From contig OX597830.1 of NCBI GenBank assembly GCA_951406725.2, positions 50,592,001 through 50,656,000 on the forward strand: 64,000 nt of DNA, written 5' to 3'. Below, piece after piece: positions 27,006 through 41,814 of this stretch (position 1 is its first letter; every line of letters begins with the position of its first letter). Position numbers and translations under genes: made by a program. The notes beneath the pieces are model-generated. The model was not told where the DNA came from and searched no databases. It saw only the letters and a list, made by a program, of their open reading frames with translations. Source of the DNA: Octopus vulgaris (taxonomy: Eukaryota).

Positions 27006-27577
27006 GAGTGAGAGAGCAGTGCATGTCATGAAAGTGACACTGGGGTAAAATATACGAAGCCCAGTTTACCCACCATGACTACTCTTCTGCTAAGGGTACA
27101 TCAGACATATGCGCCACAACAATATATGCACGACATGGTGACCTCATATCACGATAAACAGCGTATTATCTTGTAGGTGGGGGTCCTGTTAGAATTTTCT
27201 TCAGGTCGAGTATCCCTTCCAGCTCAAAAGATCCCTGAATAAGGGTTGTTTAAGGATGTTGAATGAAACACCCATGTTTCGAAAGGTGAATCATCCAAAC
27301 CCCAAAGAATTCCTTTCAACACATGGCTATGATGCTCCCCACTACTTCTGCTCGTGATCAGAGATGCACATATCGTCAGCCATCAAGGGACATGATCAAC
27401 TGGTTAAGGTCAAACAACTGACAAGCAAATCTGTGGTATTGAGCAGAATATTTTCTGTAGCCCATCTTTTATACCAAGACAAAACAATGTACATGATAAA
27501 CACTGTACATGATAAACACTTCCAATCAGTTAAGATCAGAAGCCATGAGAGCCTCTGCCTGGTACTGCATCAGGGTA
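27006..27577 (-). mobile_element. ~570-bp non-coding interspersed repeat flanked by (ATT)n on both sides
   Basis: Second partial copy at 21700-21856; sharp ends in ATT repeats; no recognisable protein. Orientation is inferred from the (TAA)n context. Confidence 0.65.
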
Positions 27578-28583
27578 TTTATTATTATTATTATTTGAGT
27601 TATTACTATATCAAATCTAAACTATGTATCAAAAATCAATTTCCATATAAAGAAGCTGAAACTGTTTATTATATTCAATCTGAAATACGGTATATTATAT
27701 AATCAGCGTTACATTTTAAAGCCCCTGGTTAACGCCGATTTAGTGAGCAACATGATCAACGACCAATCCACAATTATGTATATGAAAGGCTAACCTATCG
27801 ACTGTGTTCTTCCTTTATCCATAATGTTTCTTTTTGAAGGACAATTGCCTGCTATTTTCCCGATATAGAACCGTAATGCACAAGCTCCCTCATTTCCCCT
27901 TTTTAAGAGTGTAGGCTTGGTTTGAGGGTTATTCTAATTGCTGTTTGAAGCGTTGAGACTTCCTTCGTTAACTAAAATCCATATGCTAATTAACAAAAAG
28001 GGTTCACCTGTGTGCGCTTATCAAACAGCATCCTGCCAACTCCATACCTGCGTCGATAACAAAACATATAATCGTCACTTCTCACTCATTATATTTCAAC
28101 GGTTCTTTCGTTCCATTGGGAGAACTAATACCATTGAGTTTATAGAGTATTTTAGAATTATTCACAGTATTAAGAGAAAAGAGTTTGATAAATAGAAAAC
28201 TGTTTTCTCAATGAACCGTTCTGTTTAACAGAATAAGTAAAAGGAAAAAAGAATTTAAATGGAGACCGCATCACTTCATAAAATTTGAATCGTGTTCTTA
28301 TCAGTTTAGTTTAGATATATATTTTTTGGTTTTATAAAATTCTCATATTTCTAAGAAGAACTGATCAAGGTTTTTTGTTGTTGCTCCCTCTCCTCCCCTC
28401 ACCCTTCGTTCTCTCTCTCTCACTCTCTCTCTCTCTCTCTCATTCTCTCTCTCTCTTTCTCTCTCTCTTAGATCTATGGTAAATTTTCCCAGGAACACAA
28501 ACATGCAAAAACAAAATAATGAATGCAAAAGCATTGGCTAAACTAGGGAATAGTGAAAAGACGTATCACAGAAAGAAATGAGG

Positions 28584-28622
<39 letters not shown>

Positions 28623-28638
28623 TATATATATATATGTA

Positions 28639-28698
<60 letters not shown>

Positions 28699-30734
28699 AT
28701 ATATATATACATATACATCTCTTTCTCTCACTCTCTATTTCTCTTTCTCTCACTATGTATGTATACATACATGCACACACGCACACACATATATTTATAT
28801 ACATACATATATATATATGCACATATATACACACATCTCTGTATATATACACATGTATGTGTGTGTACATATATATGTATATATATATGTGTGTGTGTGT
28901 GGGTGCACTGACACACATACACACAAATGATTATAAAACCTCTAACACAAAATTTAAAAAAGGAAAAAACTATGAAATGTATATGTATGATAAAGATAAA
29001 ATATTTTTTAAAAAGTTAATCTATTTGACGATATATTTTTCAACGGAGATACATTTTGACCTACGAGGTCATTATGGGTGCAACTTCTCTAGCATGGACT
29101 GATTCACAGAAGAATTATAATATATAACAAATATAAATATACAGGTTGTTTGCATATATATTTAGCTTGAGTTGTAGATAGAAGCTAGTACAGAGTGTGT
29201 ACCAAGAATATTTAGTCCAAATTTTATAGTCGGATTTGTGAGCGGTAAAAGTAAAAGAAATCAGTCGGACGTAGATAGCGATAAATAAATATTTTGTAAA
29301 GCAATAATATTTTCTTAGTATTTTCTCACTCATTTGCCCAAAAGCTAGACTAGTTCATCGGTATATTAAACTTCTGTTTGTTACAGTGGAAGTTTCGCTT
29401 TCTTCAGCTAATCTGTGAATTTTAGTTTCATCTTATCTCACGAACTAGTCGCTTGTGATTAAAGATGGCTGCGAGGCATTTTCACACGTAAAAAAGAAAA
29501 TATTTAAGATTGATGCTGAAATCTCTTTGCTTATAGATATCCGTGTATTTTTATTTACTTCTTTATTGAAGCAGTGATTAAAAGAAAAAAATAATAATAA
29601 TTTAAACTTGCTTTCGTTATAGAATTTGAAAACAAAATTGAAAAATAGACAAATAATGACAAAATTATTGTATTTGATGTTTTATTCCCCATCTGCACAC
29701 GTGTGGTTTAGTGCAGTTTATACTCATGGATAAATTCACATCAGAATTATTTTATGTTTTTGTGTGTGCGTGTGTTAGTATAAAGAGCATGTGTGTGTGT
29801 ATATTAGTAGTGTTCAGTTCCAAATAAAAGCATTTAAAGTCATGCATATGCAGAGAAATGCATATTATGAATAGATTCAAGGCGAGAAGATGTTTCTATA
29901 GACATTAATGCAATCTGAATTTTACCTCATTGCTTTCGGAGCAATACAAAGAAGTTCATCCTCGGGAATATTTGATACCAGTGACAAAAGAGACACATGT
30001 ATAATATCTGTGCAGTGGTCTTAATGCCTCGCCCACTTTAACACCACCACTAGTTACTTTGGTTGTCTTTAATGGAGCCTACTCTGTTGTAAACATTCGT
30101 GTCAGCTGTTCGGTTTGAAATACACTCCAGATAAACTTCAAGAGTTTGAACAAAGAGCACCTTTTCATCCGGATGTGGTGGGTAGTGACATTCTTCATAA
30201 CCTCAAGGCGTCACAAACTTGCCCGACGGCTTTCTTTAGCTGTCTCTTACAGACTGTGCCTAGTATAGGTCTATGGTCAGGGTAGGGATAGTAATCTTAC
30301 TCATTTCGCCAAAACGTGACATTAGACGTATTCCGGTTCATTCGGTTCTAGTTAAAAGTAGCTGGTACAGATCCCAGTCCCGGGTTACGAATTTTTTATA
30401 AAAAATTCTTAAAACACACGTTTACATTAAATGTTTGTTATGTCACTCTAGCCTAGGATGACAATTACGTACAGACGGATATCAATTTAAATACTGCTTG
30501 CTTACACTAAACGCGTGGCACAGTGAGGTGCGCATTTGTGCTAATTATTTTTTATTAAATACTTCCAAACTAATTTCCCCAGAGTTCAAATCTTCAGATA
30601 ACTTTCCTATAATTGTAGATGTGTAATGTTTGAATCAGCTTGTGTCATATTAGGTGATATTTAGGGGCTTACACACTTCGGTGAAATTAATATATGGTGC
30701 ACGGAGTGTCGGTAGTGCATGTTCGAGAGCTTAG

Positions 30735-30937
30735 GAATTCGTTGCAGAAATCTGTCTTGACAGCGTTTACCAGATGAATGTAAGACGTTTTATCCTTTTT
30801 GGCGGAGATGGAGTTCTTGATTTGATTCGGAAGGGAAGTGGCATTTTAAAGGTTCTGATAATGCCAGAGAAGAAAGGTCACAAGAAACCAAGCACCTGGT
30901 CCAACAACAATGGCATCATTAACCGTCTGTCCCCCAG
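30735..30937 (+). CDS. Candidate coding exon of an unidentified host gene
   Basis: Non-repetitive stop-free frame EFVAEICLDSVYQMNVRRFILFGGDGVLDLIRKGSGILKVLIMPEKKGHKKPSTWSNNNGIINRLSP (ATGs at 30774 and 30861). It ends at a good donor CAG|GTGAGA with a stop immediately inside the putative intron. Confidence 0.3.
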
Positions 30938-32361
30938 GTGAGATGGTGATGTTAATCTGAGTCATAAATAAATGAGCTTTCTAGTCCAATGATACTACTG
31001 CTCTTTTAGAGGGCTTCTGCACAGTTACCGACGTGGCCATTCGATTTGTTAAAAATAGTGACATATTAGGTAATGTATTATTAGATATACTGAAAAAAGA
31101 AAACGATCATTTGGTCAAATTTCGAGCGACTTTCATCTTAATTCATCTCCATCAGGTTTGACGTGAGATTAAATAACGACACATGAGGGAGTCACTACAC
31201 CGACTTGCTAGAAAGAATAATCTAAAGGTGAATCTTCCAAGAAAGAGGGATAAATGTTATATTGGTTGATACAGGCTGTACATATTGCAAAAACATGGTG
31301 TAGTCACGACGGGAACATTTTTGATCTTAGGTTTACATCGCCAGGACTGACCTGGATGTTGAATAAGAATAACTTCAATAACAACCATCACTGTCATAGC
31401 AAAATAAAAGGAAGAGGGAAAAAAAAAAAGAAAAAGAAGATGAAAAAGAAAAAAAGAACAACAACAGTAACAGCAATAACAACCACACAACAAGGATAGT
31501 GGTCATGGCAACTACAACAAAACCAGCAACAAAAACAACGAGAACGACAAGAATTGTCATCATCATCACCACCACTTCCACCACCACCACCACCACCACC
31601 ACCACACAACAACAACAACGATAACAACAAGAACCACCATCGCCACAACCACAACAACTGCGACCACAAACTAGATTTTATTCATCAGGTGCTCGGCGTT
31701 GGTCAGTCTATCATAAAGAAGTGAAAGGCTCGATAAATACACATAATTTCCTGCACAGGATTCTAACAGTTTCCATCTCCCTTGTTCAACTGACAACACC
31801 ATTCGACACTAGTCTAAAGTGCACATAAATTTCCTGACACGACAGTCTGTGGGATCGAATCAAAAGCAAAGTGTTAGTGTAACTGACTTCTTAATTCAGC
31901 AGACACAGCAGCAATTTTATGTTAAAAAAAAACGAAACATATTCTGAAGAATTCGAATATTTCCAATACATTCTGTGCAAAAAGATGTCAGTTCCGTTAA
32001 AGATCAAGGAAATAGGGTGTAATAGTTTGGGGTGGGATCATATTACTGCAATGAAAACTATACATAATTCTTCCCCACATGGCATCACGGTACACCATTA
32101 TCGCTTTGCTTAGCCAAAGATAGTTTAGTCAAATTAGATAATTTTGAAACAAAAAAAAAAAAGGAAATAAACACACAAAGAAGAAGAAAGGAAAGCAAAG
32201 GTTCTTTAGGAAATAGCAGGTGCATGCAGCTCCTATTTTCAGAACAGATTTTCCAGCTAGCGAAAATTAGGCTTGGCTTTGATTAGTCTTTTTTTTCTTT
32301 TCTTTTTAATGGAATAGTATTTTGGTACCGGGAAAAATATATTTTGAAATTTCCTTTAAGG

Positions 32362-32397
<36 letters not shown>

Positions 32398-32526
32398 ATG
32401 TATGTATGTATGTATGTATGTATGTATGTATGTATGTATGTATGCATGTATGTATGTATGTATGTATGTGTCTATCTATATATATATATATATCTATCTA
32501 TATATATATCTATATCTATCTATCTA

Positions 32527-32587
<61 letters not shown>

Positions 32588-33496
32588 ACTAGTAGCAGCT
32601 GGAACTAATAAAATATCGATTTTAAACAATAAGGGTTTTCAAGTTGAAATATTCTGATCAGTTTCGTTCATATTTTTAAAAAAGAAATGCTTTGGAGTAA
32701 ATAAAATAGAGAAAAGTCTATTTGTAGAAATAGTTATTTTTTAAAAAAATAGATTATTTCTTCGAAGTAGGAGGCAGATGCCTTTAATTTGCATGAATCC
32801 AATCTTTTACTAGTAAAAAGGGGAAATTGTGTTCACCAAGAAGTTCTATATTTGAATAAATCAAGTGGAAAAATAAAACAAAAACAAAACGGTGAGTGGA
32901 GAATAAGTCAGGGGTAGTTGTGGGTGGAGAAGTTTTTGGTAGTTTTGTCTAAAAAGGAATTTTGCAATGTGATGTAGCGGAGTATGAATAACGGAATATT
33001 GCTTTTAGGGTGAAATTTATGAATTTAGATATATGATTAGCGTTATAACGTTATGGTGTTGAAGAAGGCAATATGCTTATTATGTCTCCGGATGTGGCGA
33101 AAAGGAGATTTCGCTGCTATTTCTAACAAGTCTGCAATGACTGGTATAATCTCTTCGGAAAAACAGCTTCGTGGTATTTCTTTTGGCTCTAAACATTCCA
33201 GGTTCATATTACACCGAGGTCAACTTATCTCTAATCATTTCGAGATCGATAAGATAAAATACCAGTTCAATACGTTGTGGTCGATTTAATCATTAATAAG
33301 AGTGTCCCTAAGACTACGACTGAGAATCCCGACTTCTGGTTTGACTTTAAAGACGGATATTGGACGGATATAAAGTGACCCAAGAGATAAACCGCCCTGA
33401 TTATGATTAGCTTTGAAAATCACGTGTCTGTCACATGTTTGAATTGAAGACAATAGAGACCATCCCTCACTGATCTTGATATAAATGCTTCTTATA

Positions 33497-33740
33497 AGGC
33501 GGCGAGCCGGCAGAATCGTCAGCAGGACGAGTAAAATGCTTATTGGCATTTCGTCCGTCCTCACTTTTGAGCTCAAATTCCTCCAGGGTCGACTTTGCCT
33601 TTCATTCTTTTGTGGCTGATAAAAAAAAGTACAAGTATTCATTTATATAAAATAAGTACAAGTTGAGCACTAGAGTCGATGTTATTGACTTATACACTTC
33701 CTCGAAATGCTGGCGTTCTTCCAAAATTTGAAACTAATAT
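33497..33740 (+). mobile_element. SINE family B copy
   Basis: aggcggcgagccggcagaatcg head and gtcgactttgcctttcatt. Confidence 0.8.
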
Positions 33741-34188
33741 AATTACCAGTCATACCATTCGGTCAATTAAATGAGTTGAAATTCCCCCAAGCTATATCGC
33801 ACTGGGACATAGAAATAATATTGTTTGTATCTGGTTTCATTTCTTGGTTTCATATTTGTGTTTTTACTTCCTTGTTTGATTTGTATAAAACCAATAATTG
33901 ATCTCATTTTTGTGTTGGTAGTAAAAACAAGAGGCATTCTCTCTCACGTTCTCCCTGCCTCCATCTCTCCCTCTCTCTTTTTAAGTCAATAATGCCATAG
34001 CGCTTGTCCCCAAACTTTGAGTTGCTTAAATTCACTTCCGGTGAGAGTAGCCTTGATAATGGCAGGAGAGTCACACTTCCGGCACTGAATGCATACCAAT
34101 GAAACTAATAACATAAGCAGTAAACACTGGGAGTTGTGATATACATACATACATACATACATACATACATACATACAGACAGACAGAC

Positions 34189-34251
<63 letters not shown>

Positions 34252-34297
34252 AAGATAGATAGATGTATAGATAGATAGACGGATATATGTATACAAA

Positions 34298-34534
34298 AGG
34301 CGGCGTGCTGGCAGAAACGTTAGCATGCCGGGCGAAATTCTTAGCGGTATTTCGTCTGCTGCTACGTTCTGAGTTCAAATTCCGCCGAGGTCGACTTTGC
34401 CTTTCATCCTTTTGGGGTCGATTAAATAAGTACCAGTTACGCACTGGATCCGATATAATCGACTTAATCCGTTTGTCTGTCCTCGTTTGTCCCCTCTATG
34501 TTTAGCCCCTTGTGAGCAATAAAGAAATAGGTAT
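34298..34534 (+). mobile_element. SINE family B, young full-length monomer
   Basis: Clean head, Meta-like core and 3' end aaagaaataggtat. Confidence 0.9.
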
Positions 34535-34809
34535 ATGTATACATGTACACACAAACCTGCGCGCGCATATAGGCATCTTTATGAATATATTCAGTGAGAG
34601 ACAGGGAGAAAGCAGTAACCGTGGATTACGTGTTTTTACCTGCCAGGGGAGGGTGTCGGAATAACGTTGATTGAAGAATAATTACTTTCCATGTTCACGG
34701 GAATGCAAGGAAGATTTTCTCTGCAGAATGTCTGAGACTAAAGATGAAGTACATCCGTCTAACAAATAACGAAAACGTGTGTTCATGACTAGTAGGCAGT
34801 AGTCTGTCA

Positions 34810-34899
<90 letters not shown>

Positions 34900-34913
34900 A
34901 TACACATACACAA

Positions 34914-34945
<32 letters not shown>

Positions 34946-35058
34946 TACACACGTAGGTAAAAGTATAAGCATATATATATATCATAGATAGCTAAATATA
35001 TAAGTTCATGTATATAAATACACTGAAACACAGAAACAAGAACACACACACACATATA

Positions 35059-35094
<36 letters not shown>

Positions 35095-35716
35095 TGTATG
35101 TATGTATGTATGTATGTATGTATGTATGTATGTATGTATGTATGTATGTATGTATGTATGTATGTATGTATGTATGTATGTAGGTATTCATCTATGTATG
35201 TATGTATGTATGTATGTAAGTATATGCATACATATTAGCAAGTATGTATGTATATATGTGCGTATGTGTAATATTAAAATCCATTTATTAAATGTTTAGA
35301 TCAAAGTCAGAAATGACTGAAGGCAAGCTACGGTAAGATGTCTAGAAGAGAAAGATGCGTTTTGCATATTTCAGGTTTTACACACACACACAGACACACA
35401 TATGCAGGCCAATATATATATATTTCTACGTTTTGTGTATATGTATGTAATTATCTATATGTGTATGTGCATACATGCAATTAATAAAATATATACGTAC
35501 AATACATATACCTGTATATACACACACCGGTCTAGTCTCACCTACATGATTCTATATATATAGTGAATTAACGCGCTATATATATATATGCCTTTATGTA
35601 TGTATATGTATGTCTTTATAAATCAGTGTATGATATATTAATAATAAACAATATTAGGCAGTATACCAATTTAGTTATTAATTATAGATTTGAAAAGAAT
35701 AACAAAAATATTGATG

Positions 35717-35798
<82 letters not shown>

Positions 35799-36269
35799 TA
35801 ACATATTTATTGATATATATATATATATATGTGCATGCATGTGTTTTGTTTTAGTTTGTGTGTGTGTTTGTGTTTATGAAATAATGTTCATTCAATATGT
35901 AATTTATTTAATACTTTTTTTCGTATAAAAAAAATCTATTCATAAAATGCCGAATACACGTTGAACTCCACTCCACATGTAGAGACGTATACAGAAGTAT
36001 ACACAGCTGTGTGTATGTGTGTATGTATCTATGTGTGTGTATGTATGTGTGTATAATGACTGTATATGTGTGTGTATATATATACACACTTATATGGAGA
36101 GAGAGAAAGAGAGAGAGAAAGATATATATATAGAGAGAGAGAGAGATTGATAGACAGGTGGACAGAGAGACAGACATACTGAAAGATAGGCAAACGGACA
36201 GATTGATACACACACACACATATATATGTATATTTATATATGTATATATATGTTTGTAGGTAGGTAGAT

Positions 36270-36460
36270 ATGCATGCATGTATTTCTGTGTCTGTCTTTA
36301 TCACCCTATCTTCACTTGAGAACTGATGTCGTGTGCTTACGTCTCGTAACTTAGGGGTTCTGAAAAAGAGACTGGTAGAATAAGTACTGGGCTCACAAAT
36401 AATAAGTCCTAGAGTCGATTTGTTCGACTAATGGTGGTGCCCCAGCATGGCAGCGGGCAA
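36270..36460 (+). mobile_element. SINE family A, 3' half
   Basis: gtaacttaggggttc..gaataagtactggg..gtcgatttgttcgactaa..ccagcatgg. Confidence 0.7.
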
Positions 36461-36463
36461 ATA

Positions 36464-36577
<114 letters not shown>

Positions 36578-36958
36578 CAGATAGATAGATAAAATGGTGA
36601 AATATAGAGGGGAATGGATGGAACAGTGTGTAAGCTAGAATAATTTTAAATTTGTAATTAGCGGTTTAATTGGCTTGCCTTACATCTCAACTTTGTGTCT
36701 TTTGCTGAATTCGTGACGTTCCCCAGTTATCGTCTGATTGAATGAAAGTTTAATAATTATCCAGTTGCATGACGATATACTAACATCATGGGCAGGAGGC
36801 TTGACCTAACTCTATCGCATACATATGACTGTATCTCTACGTACGTACATATATATGTATATATGTTCGTGCATATATGTATATGTATATATGTACGTAC
36901 ATATATATAACATAGAAAAATACTTTAGGAATGAGAACCCAGTTTCGAAATTTCCCCA

Positions 36959-37005
36959 AGACACCTGATGAAGGCGGGAGGGTATATCAGCCGAAACGTT
37001 GTGTT
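36959..37005 (+). ncRNA. Minimal Penelope-type hammerhead motif
   Basis: gacac-CTGATGA-a-ggc...gcc-GAAA-cg-TT-gtgtt, with palindromic AACGTT stem III. Confidence 0.6.
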
Positions 37006-37259
37006 AACAACAAAGAAGATGACAAATATCAGTCAAATGTAAATAATGTAAATAATATACATAATTCCTCATCCCTTAAATGTAGAACTGTAATACCTAC
37101 GCCTTAACGAAGGTGGAGGTAATAACCGCGGCAGCAGCGAAAACAATATCAATTACAGCAACAGAAATAAGAAGAACAGCATTAATAACAACCACATCAG
37201 CAAATACACTAGCAACAACAATATCAACAACAGTGTTATGACTATCAACAACAGTTCAA

Positions 37260-37462
37260 TAAGACATGGCTATTGCCACATGCAAGAAATAGCAGCTAAA
37301 TCTATTTTGAATCACAGAATATCTTCTTTAAAAAGGAAACCCTGAGATATGTGGTCGTGGATTTACTAAAAATAGGATATGGTGGTCACTGCTAAATTGC
37401 CTTTGATTATTAATCAGTCTGATCGTGAAAGCTGACCTGGGGTTAAACAACAACAACAACAA
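37260..37462 (+). mobile_element. Old SINE-like repeat (family D) ending tgacctggggttaaacaacaac; related decayed pieces near 27720, 31050-31380, 37600 and 50900
   Basis: Recurring gaaatagcagc(t/c)aaatct and tgacctgggg motifs with a (CAA)n tail. Confidence 0.45.
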
Positions 37463-38610
37463 TTACTTATGTTGAATACTACTCTCTGCGCTCACATACA
37501 CAAACGTACATACTTACGCATGCACGCGCACACACGTGTAATGACATATATATGATGAAATAAAAGTCCGGATGTTTGTGCGTGGGGCATATCTGTACAA
37601 ATTTTTAATTGATCAGAACTGACCCGGGGGCTACAAAAACTGTAATAATAGCGATAAAAATAAATAAGAAAAACAATAGCAGTTGCTGTTGCTGCTGTTG
37701 TTTATGTTGTTGTTGTTGGCAGTGGTGGTGATGGCGGTGATGTTGCTATTGTTGTTGATGTTCTATGTTGTGTTCTAATGAAAGGAAGCCTATAATAGTC
37801 GCTTTTCAACTGTTATAGTTGCGTCCTTGTGTAGATATAGGACTTCATTGCTTGTGCCCTGCCTTTGTTAAGAAGTCACACTGGGGTTTAATAGAATCTT
37901 GGCTGATATTTCCATCGTAGTTTTGATCTATCCTTAGAGCATATGTGCTTGTTGTTGCTGTTGTTGTTCAAATACAAGTCATACCAGAATAGGCTTAAGG
38001 GCAACGTCACTTTACCTTTGAACACTCATATTTTATTTCACTCACAATTTATCGAGGCTTACATAGTGCAATTGTGAGCCAGCAGAATCGTCAGAATGGC
38101 GTGGAAAATGCTTTCCGGTATTTCTTCCGGTTCGCTACATTCTGTGTTCAAATCCTGTCTAGATTAACTTTGCTTTTCATCCCTCTATGTTAGATAAAGT
38201 AAAATACCAGCTAAGTGCTAGGATCGATGGTGTGATTAATACTTTCTCCAAAAACTGCTTTTTGCCTAAATGAAGAAAAGAGAAATACTTAAGGGTGAAA
38301 GATTTGATTTGAAGGAGACTTGGCTGATATTTCAGTCAGGTCGAATGGTCAGTTAGACATTTCTGACTCATCTGCACTGTTGTTATGTTTATACACTGAT
38401 GTCTCACATTTAGTTAAACATTCCTGAAATACATCTCATTGACTGTAGCGGAATAGTTCACATGAAGAGTTGTGAAATAGAGCGAGAGTGCTTTATACTG
38501 AATCACTACAAAGTAAAGTGGAAATGTAGCAGTGAGACATCAGGGATCCTAGAAAAGAATGCAGAGAATTACAATAGTTGACATATTACGTTCCAATATT
38601 TCTCTATGAA

Positions 38611-38828
38611 AGGCGGTGAGCTGGCAGAATCGTTAGCACGCCGGGCAAAATACCAAGCCGCAATTTCGTCCGTCTTTACGTTCTGAGTTCAAATTCCGCT
38701 GAGGTAACGTTGCCTTTCGTTCTTTTAGGGTCAGTAAAATAAGTACCAGTTGATCACTGAGGTTGATGTGATCGAGGTGTCCCTTCCTCCGAAATTACTG
38801 GCCTTGTGCCAAAATTTGAAACCAATAT
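38611..38828 (+). mobile_element. SINE family B copy
   Basis: aggcggtgagctggcagaatcgttagcacgccggg...aagtaccagttg. Confidence 0.85.
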
Positions 38829-38839
38829 TTCGGATATGA

Positions 38840-38940
38840 CGAGGGCGCATGGCCCAGTGGTTAAGGTGCTGCATTCACAATCGTGAGATCGCGATTTCAA
38901 ATCCTGGGCCTGGTGGTTCGTTGTGCTCTTGAGTAAGAGA
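38840..38940 (+). mobile_element. tRNA-like SINE head (family C-related)
   Basis: tggcccagtggttaagg A box and gatttcaaatcc B box. Confidence 0.6.
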
Positions 38941-39842
38941 TGTTCTGAGATTTTTTGACGAGTGTTACAACGTCTACCAATTCAGGCAACGTCGATTTCA
39001 CAGAGAGAGTGACCCAAAGTACAGCATAGACATTTGACCACTATAAACAAATCATTTTTGCAAGTTGTCCGGCAATAAATTGCAGAACCGTCTTCCTCTC
39101 ACTGCGAGAACAGAACCGACCACTACAAGAAGTATTTTGGGTATGAAATTGCCGTATGAAAAGCGAATAAAGCAACCCATTGTTCTTATTTTGCTGTAGC
39201 TTTACTCAATTTTTTATACTTTTCTTTCGAATGTGTATTGTATTAACTTCTTTAAACACGATTGCATTTCAAACATTTTAACATGTTGCATCGCTGTCAT
39301 TTACTACTTTCTGCGAAATTCGATAGTTATCGTAAATAAATGTTTATGATCGTCATTTATTAAAAAAAATATTCTTATTATTATCATCATTGCCGAAGTT
39401 TATTGCTGAATGCTATTTATAATGATAAAAAAAATATTTTTATGAGAAATATAACAAAAAAAATATTTAACAAATTAAAATTGTGTAAATAATATATTTT
39501 ATTATTACATTTATAATTATAAATATAATTAAGATAGAATAAAGGAAAAAAGAAGCCAACACAAATGAAATAGAATTAAATTTTAATGATGAATTTTAAA
39601 TGGGAAATTATTGTTTGATGAAAATATTCCACGAAAGCATAATTTATTTAGAAAATTTCCATTATGAACGGCATTTTGTTTAATCATATTTTTATTATTA
39701 TAAATGCATCGAAGTCGTAACTAAAAGACGCGCTTTAGAAATCCGCTTGGTATTCGTCTTTTAAAACTACCCCATAGTAGTTATGCTGTTACATCGCAAC
39801 TACGTGGTATTTATAATTAAAATATTGGTCTTTGTCTCTCTT

Positions 39843-39990
39843 CAGGTTCTGAGTTCAAATTCTGCCGAAATCGACTTTGCCTTTCATCCTTTCGGGGTCG
39901 ATAAATTAACTACCAGTTGCGTACTCGGTTCGATCTAATCGACTGGCACCCTTCCCCAAAACTTCGGGCCTTGTGCCTAGAGTAGAAAAG
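39843..39990 (+). mobile_element. SINE family B, 5'-truncated
   Basis: gttctgagttcaaattc..gcctttcatcctttcggggtcgataaa. Confidence 0.8.
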
Positions 39991-40176
39991 ATTAAATTAT
40001 TGGTCTTCATGAACTTACAAGAAATAACGCCACTTTCAGATAGGTGCCACGGTTGCCTTGAACTCTATAACACTCTTTTAGCAATTTCTATGAATGATGA
40101 TGCTTCCTGGCATGCTATGCATACGTTATTCATATCCTTGTATATACAAATACAAATACGCACACACACACTCATA

Positions 40177-40248
<72 letters not shown>

Positions 40249-40275
40249 TATATTATATATATATATAATATAATA

Positions 40276-40314
<39 letters not shown>

Positions 40315-41502
40315 TGAGCTCCACCCGACAGCTTGCTGTTAACGACTATATCTAATATATATAATATTTGATATATACTTGCATAGATAGTTTTTGCATG
40401 TATCTATCTACCCATCACTCTCTGTCTTTCTGTGTATATATGTCCATATATGTATGCATGTATGTACATACACACACACACGCGCGCGCACACACACACA
40501 CATTGCATTATATATTGATAGTTCGCTATATAATTGGTCTGTTCTATCACAGCGGAATCTGGGTTGAGACAGCAACAGCTATAAAATATCAATAAAGACA
40601 ATAATAACAGTATTAACAACAACAACAACAACAACTAAATCAAAGTCTATTGCAACAAAATATGAGCAGCAGCAGTAACAACAACAGCAACAGCAACAAC
40701 AACAGCACTATTATTATCGTTATCAGGAACAGTATTAACAACAACACCGCCAACATCATCATAATCATCAACAAGAACAACAACAACAGCTACAATAACA
40801 AGAATGAAAAATCTATATATATTTCTAGAGGTCCTGAACTGTCTGTGTTATTTCAGTAAGATTCTGTCTTCTTGCAGGAGAAATTGTCCTGAGAACAAGA
40901 TAGAGGACTAATGACCGGTTCAGGAATATTTGACCAACCACCTAATAATATAAATATTACTAGTCAAAATAATCGCAAATTAATATCGAATATAAGCTGG
41001 GAGGCGGGAGGTTGTTAGCGTGAGTTTGATAGTGAATGTCTCGGATGGAGCGGTGGGGGTTTGTGGGTGCATTTAATGATTGACTTTAACGGCTCTGAAG
41101 ACCAGAAAACTGTTTTAGTCTTCAGAGAAAAAACCTCGTGTCAAATCGATTGCCATACGAATGAAACTGTATACTTACATAATACATACACGCACACAGA
41201 CAGACACGCGCAGTCAGTCACTCACTGACACACGCACACCCACAAAAAACACACAAATACACACATACACAAATACACACACATGCACACACATGCACTC
41301 ATACACGCATAAGTTTATATGTATGTATATATACATTCATATACATGTATATATATATATATATCTGTATATGTATACATATATATACTCATACACATTA
41401 CGTGTGCGAGTGTATATTTTTATATAATGTACTATAGAATACTGTTCCAACTTATGTAAACAATATGTATATACTACTACTACTAATAATAATAATAATA
41501 AT

Positions 41503-41585
<83 letters not shown>

Positions 41586-41814
41586 TAATAATAATAATAA
41601 TAATAACGATAAGAGCAATACATATTCACATACACATACGGCTGTACACACATACACACACAGACACACACACGCACGCACACACATAGCATTACACCTG
41701 TAGTACACCCATGCACAGCTTCTATTTCACTTCTTTTATAGTAGAACTGGACAGTGTGTTAATAGTTGGCATAATGACTTTCGCAAGATACAACACTATA
41801 CAACATATATAATA

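Noticed and set aside
28293-28308. 16-nt match to U2 snRNA (tgttcttatcagttta)
   Set aside because: Flanks do not continue the U2 sequence; likely chance in AT-rich DNA.
29346-29452. gactagttc/gaactagtc inverted pair as a possible pre-miRNA
   Set aside because: Only 9 bp pair well; the interior pairing is poor.
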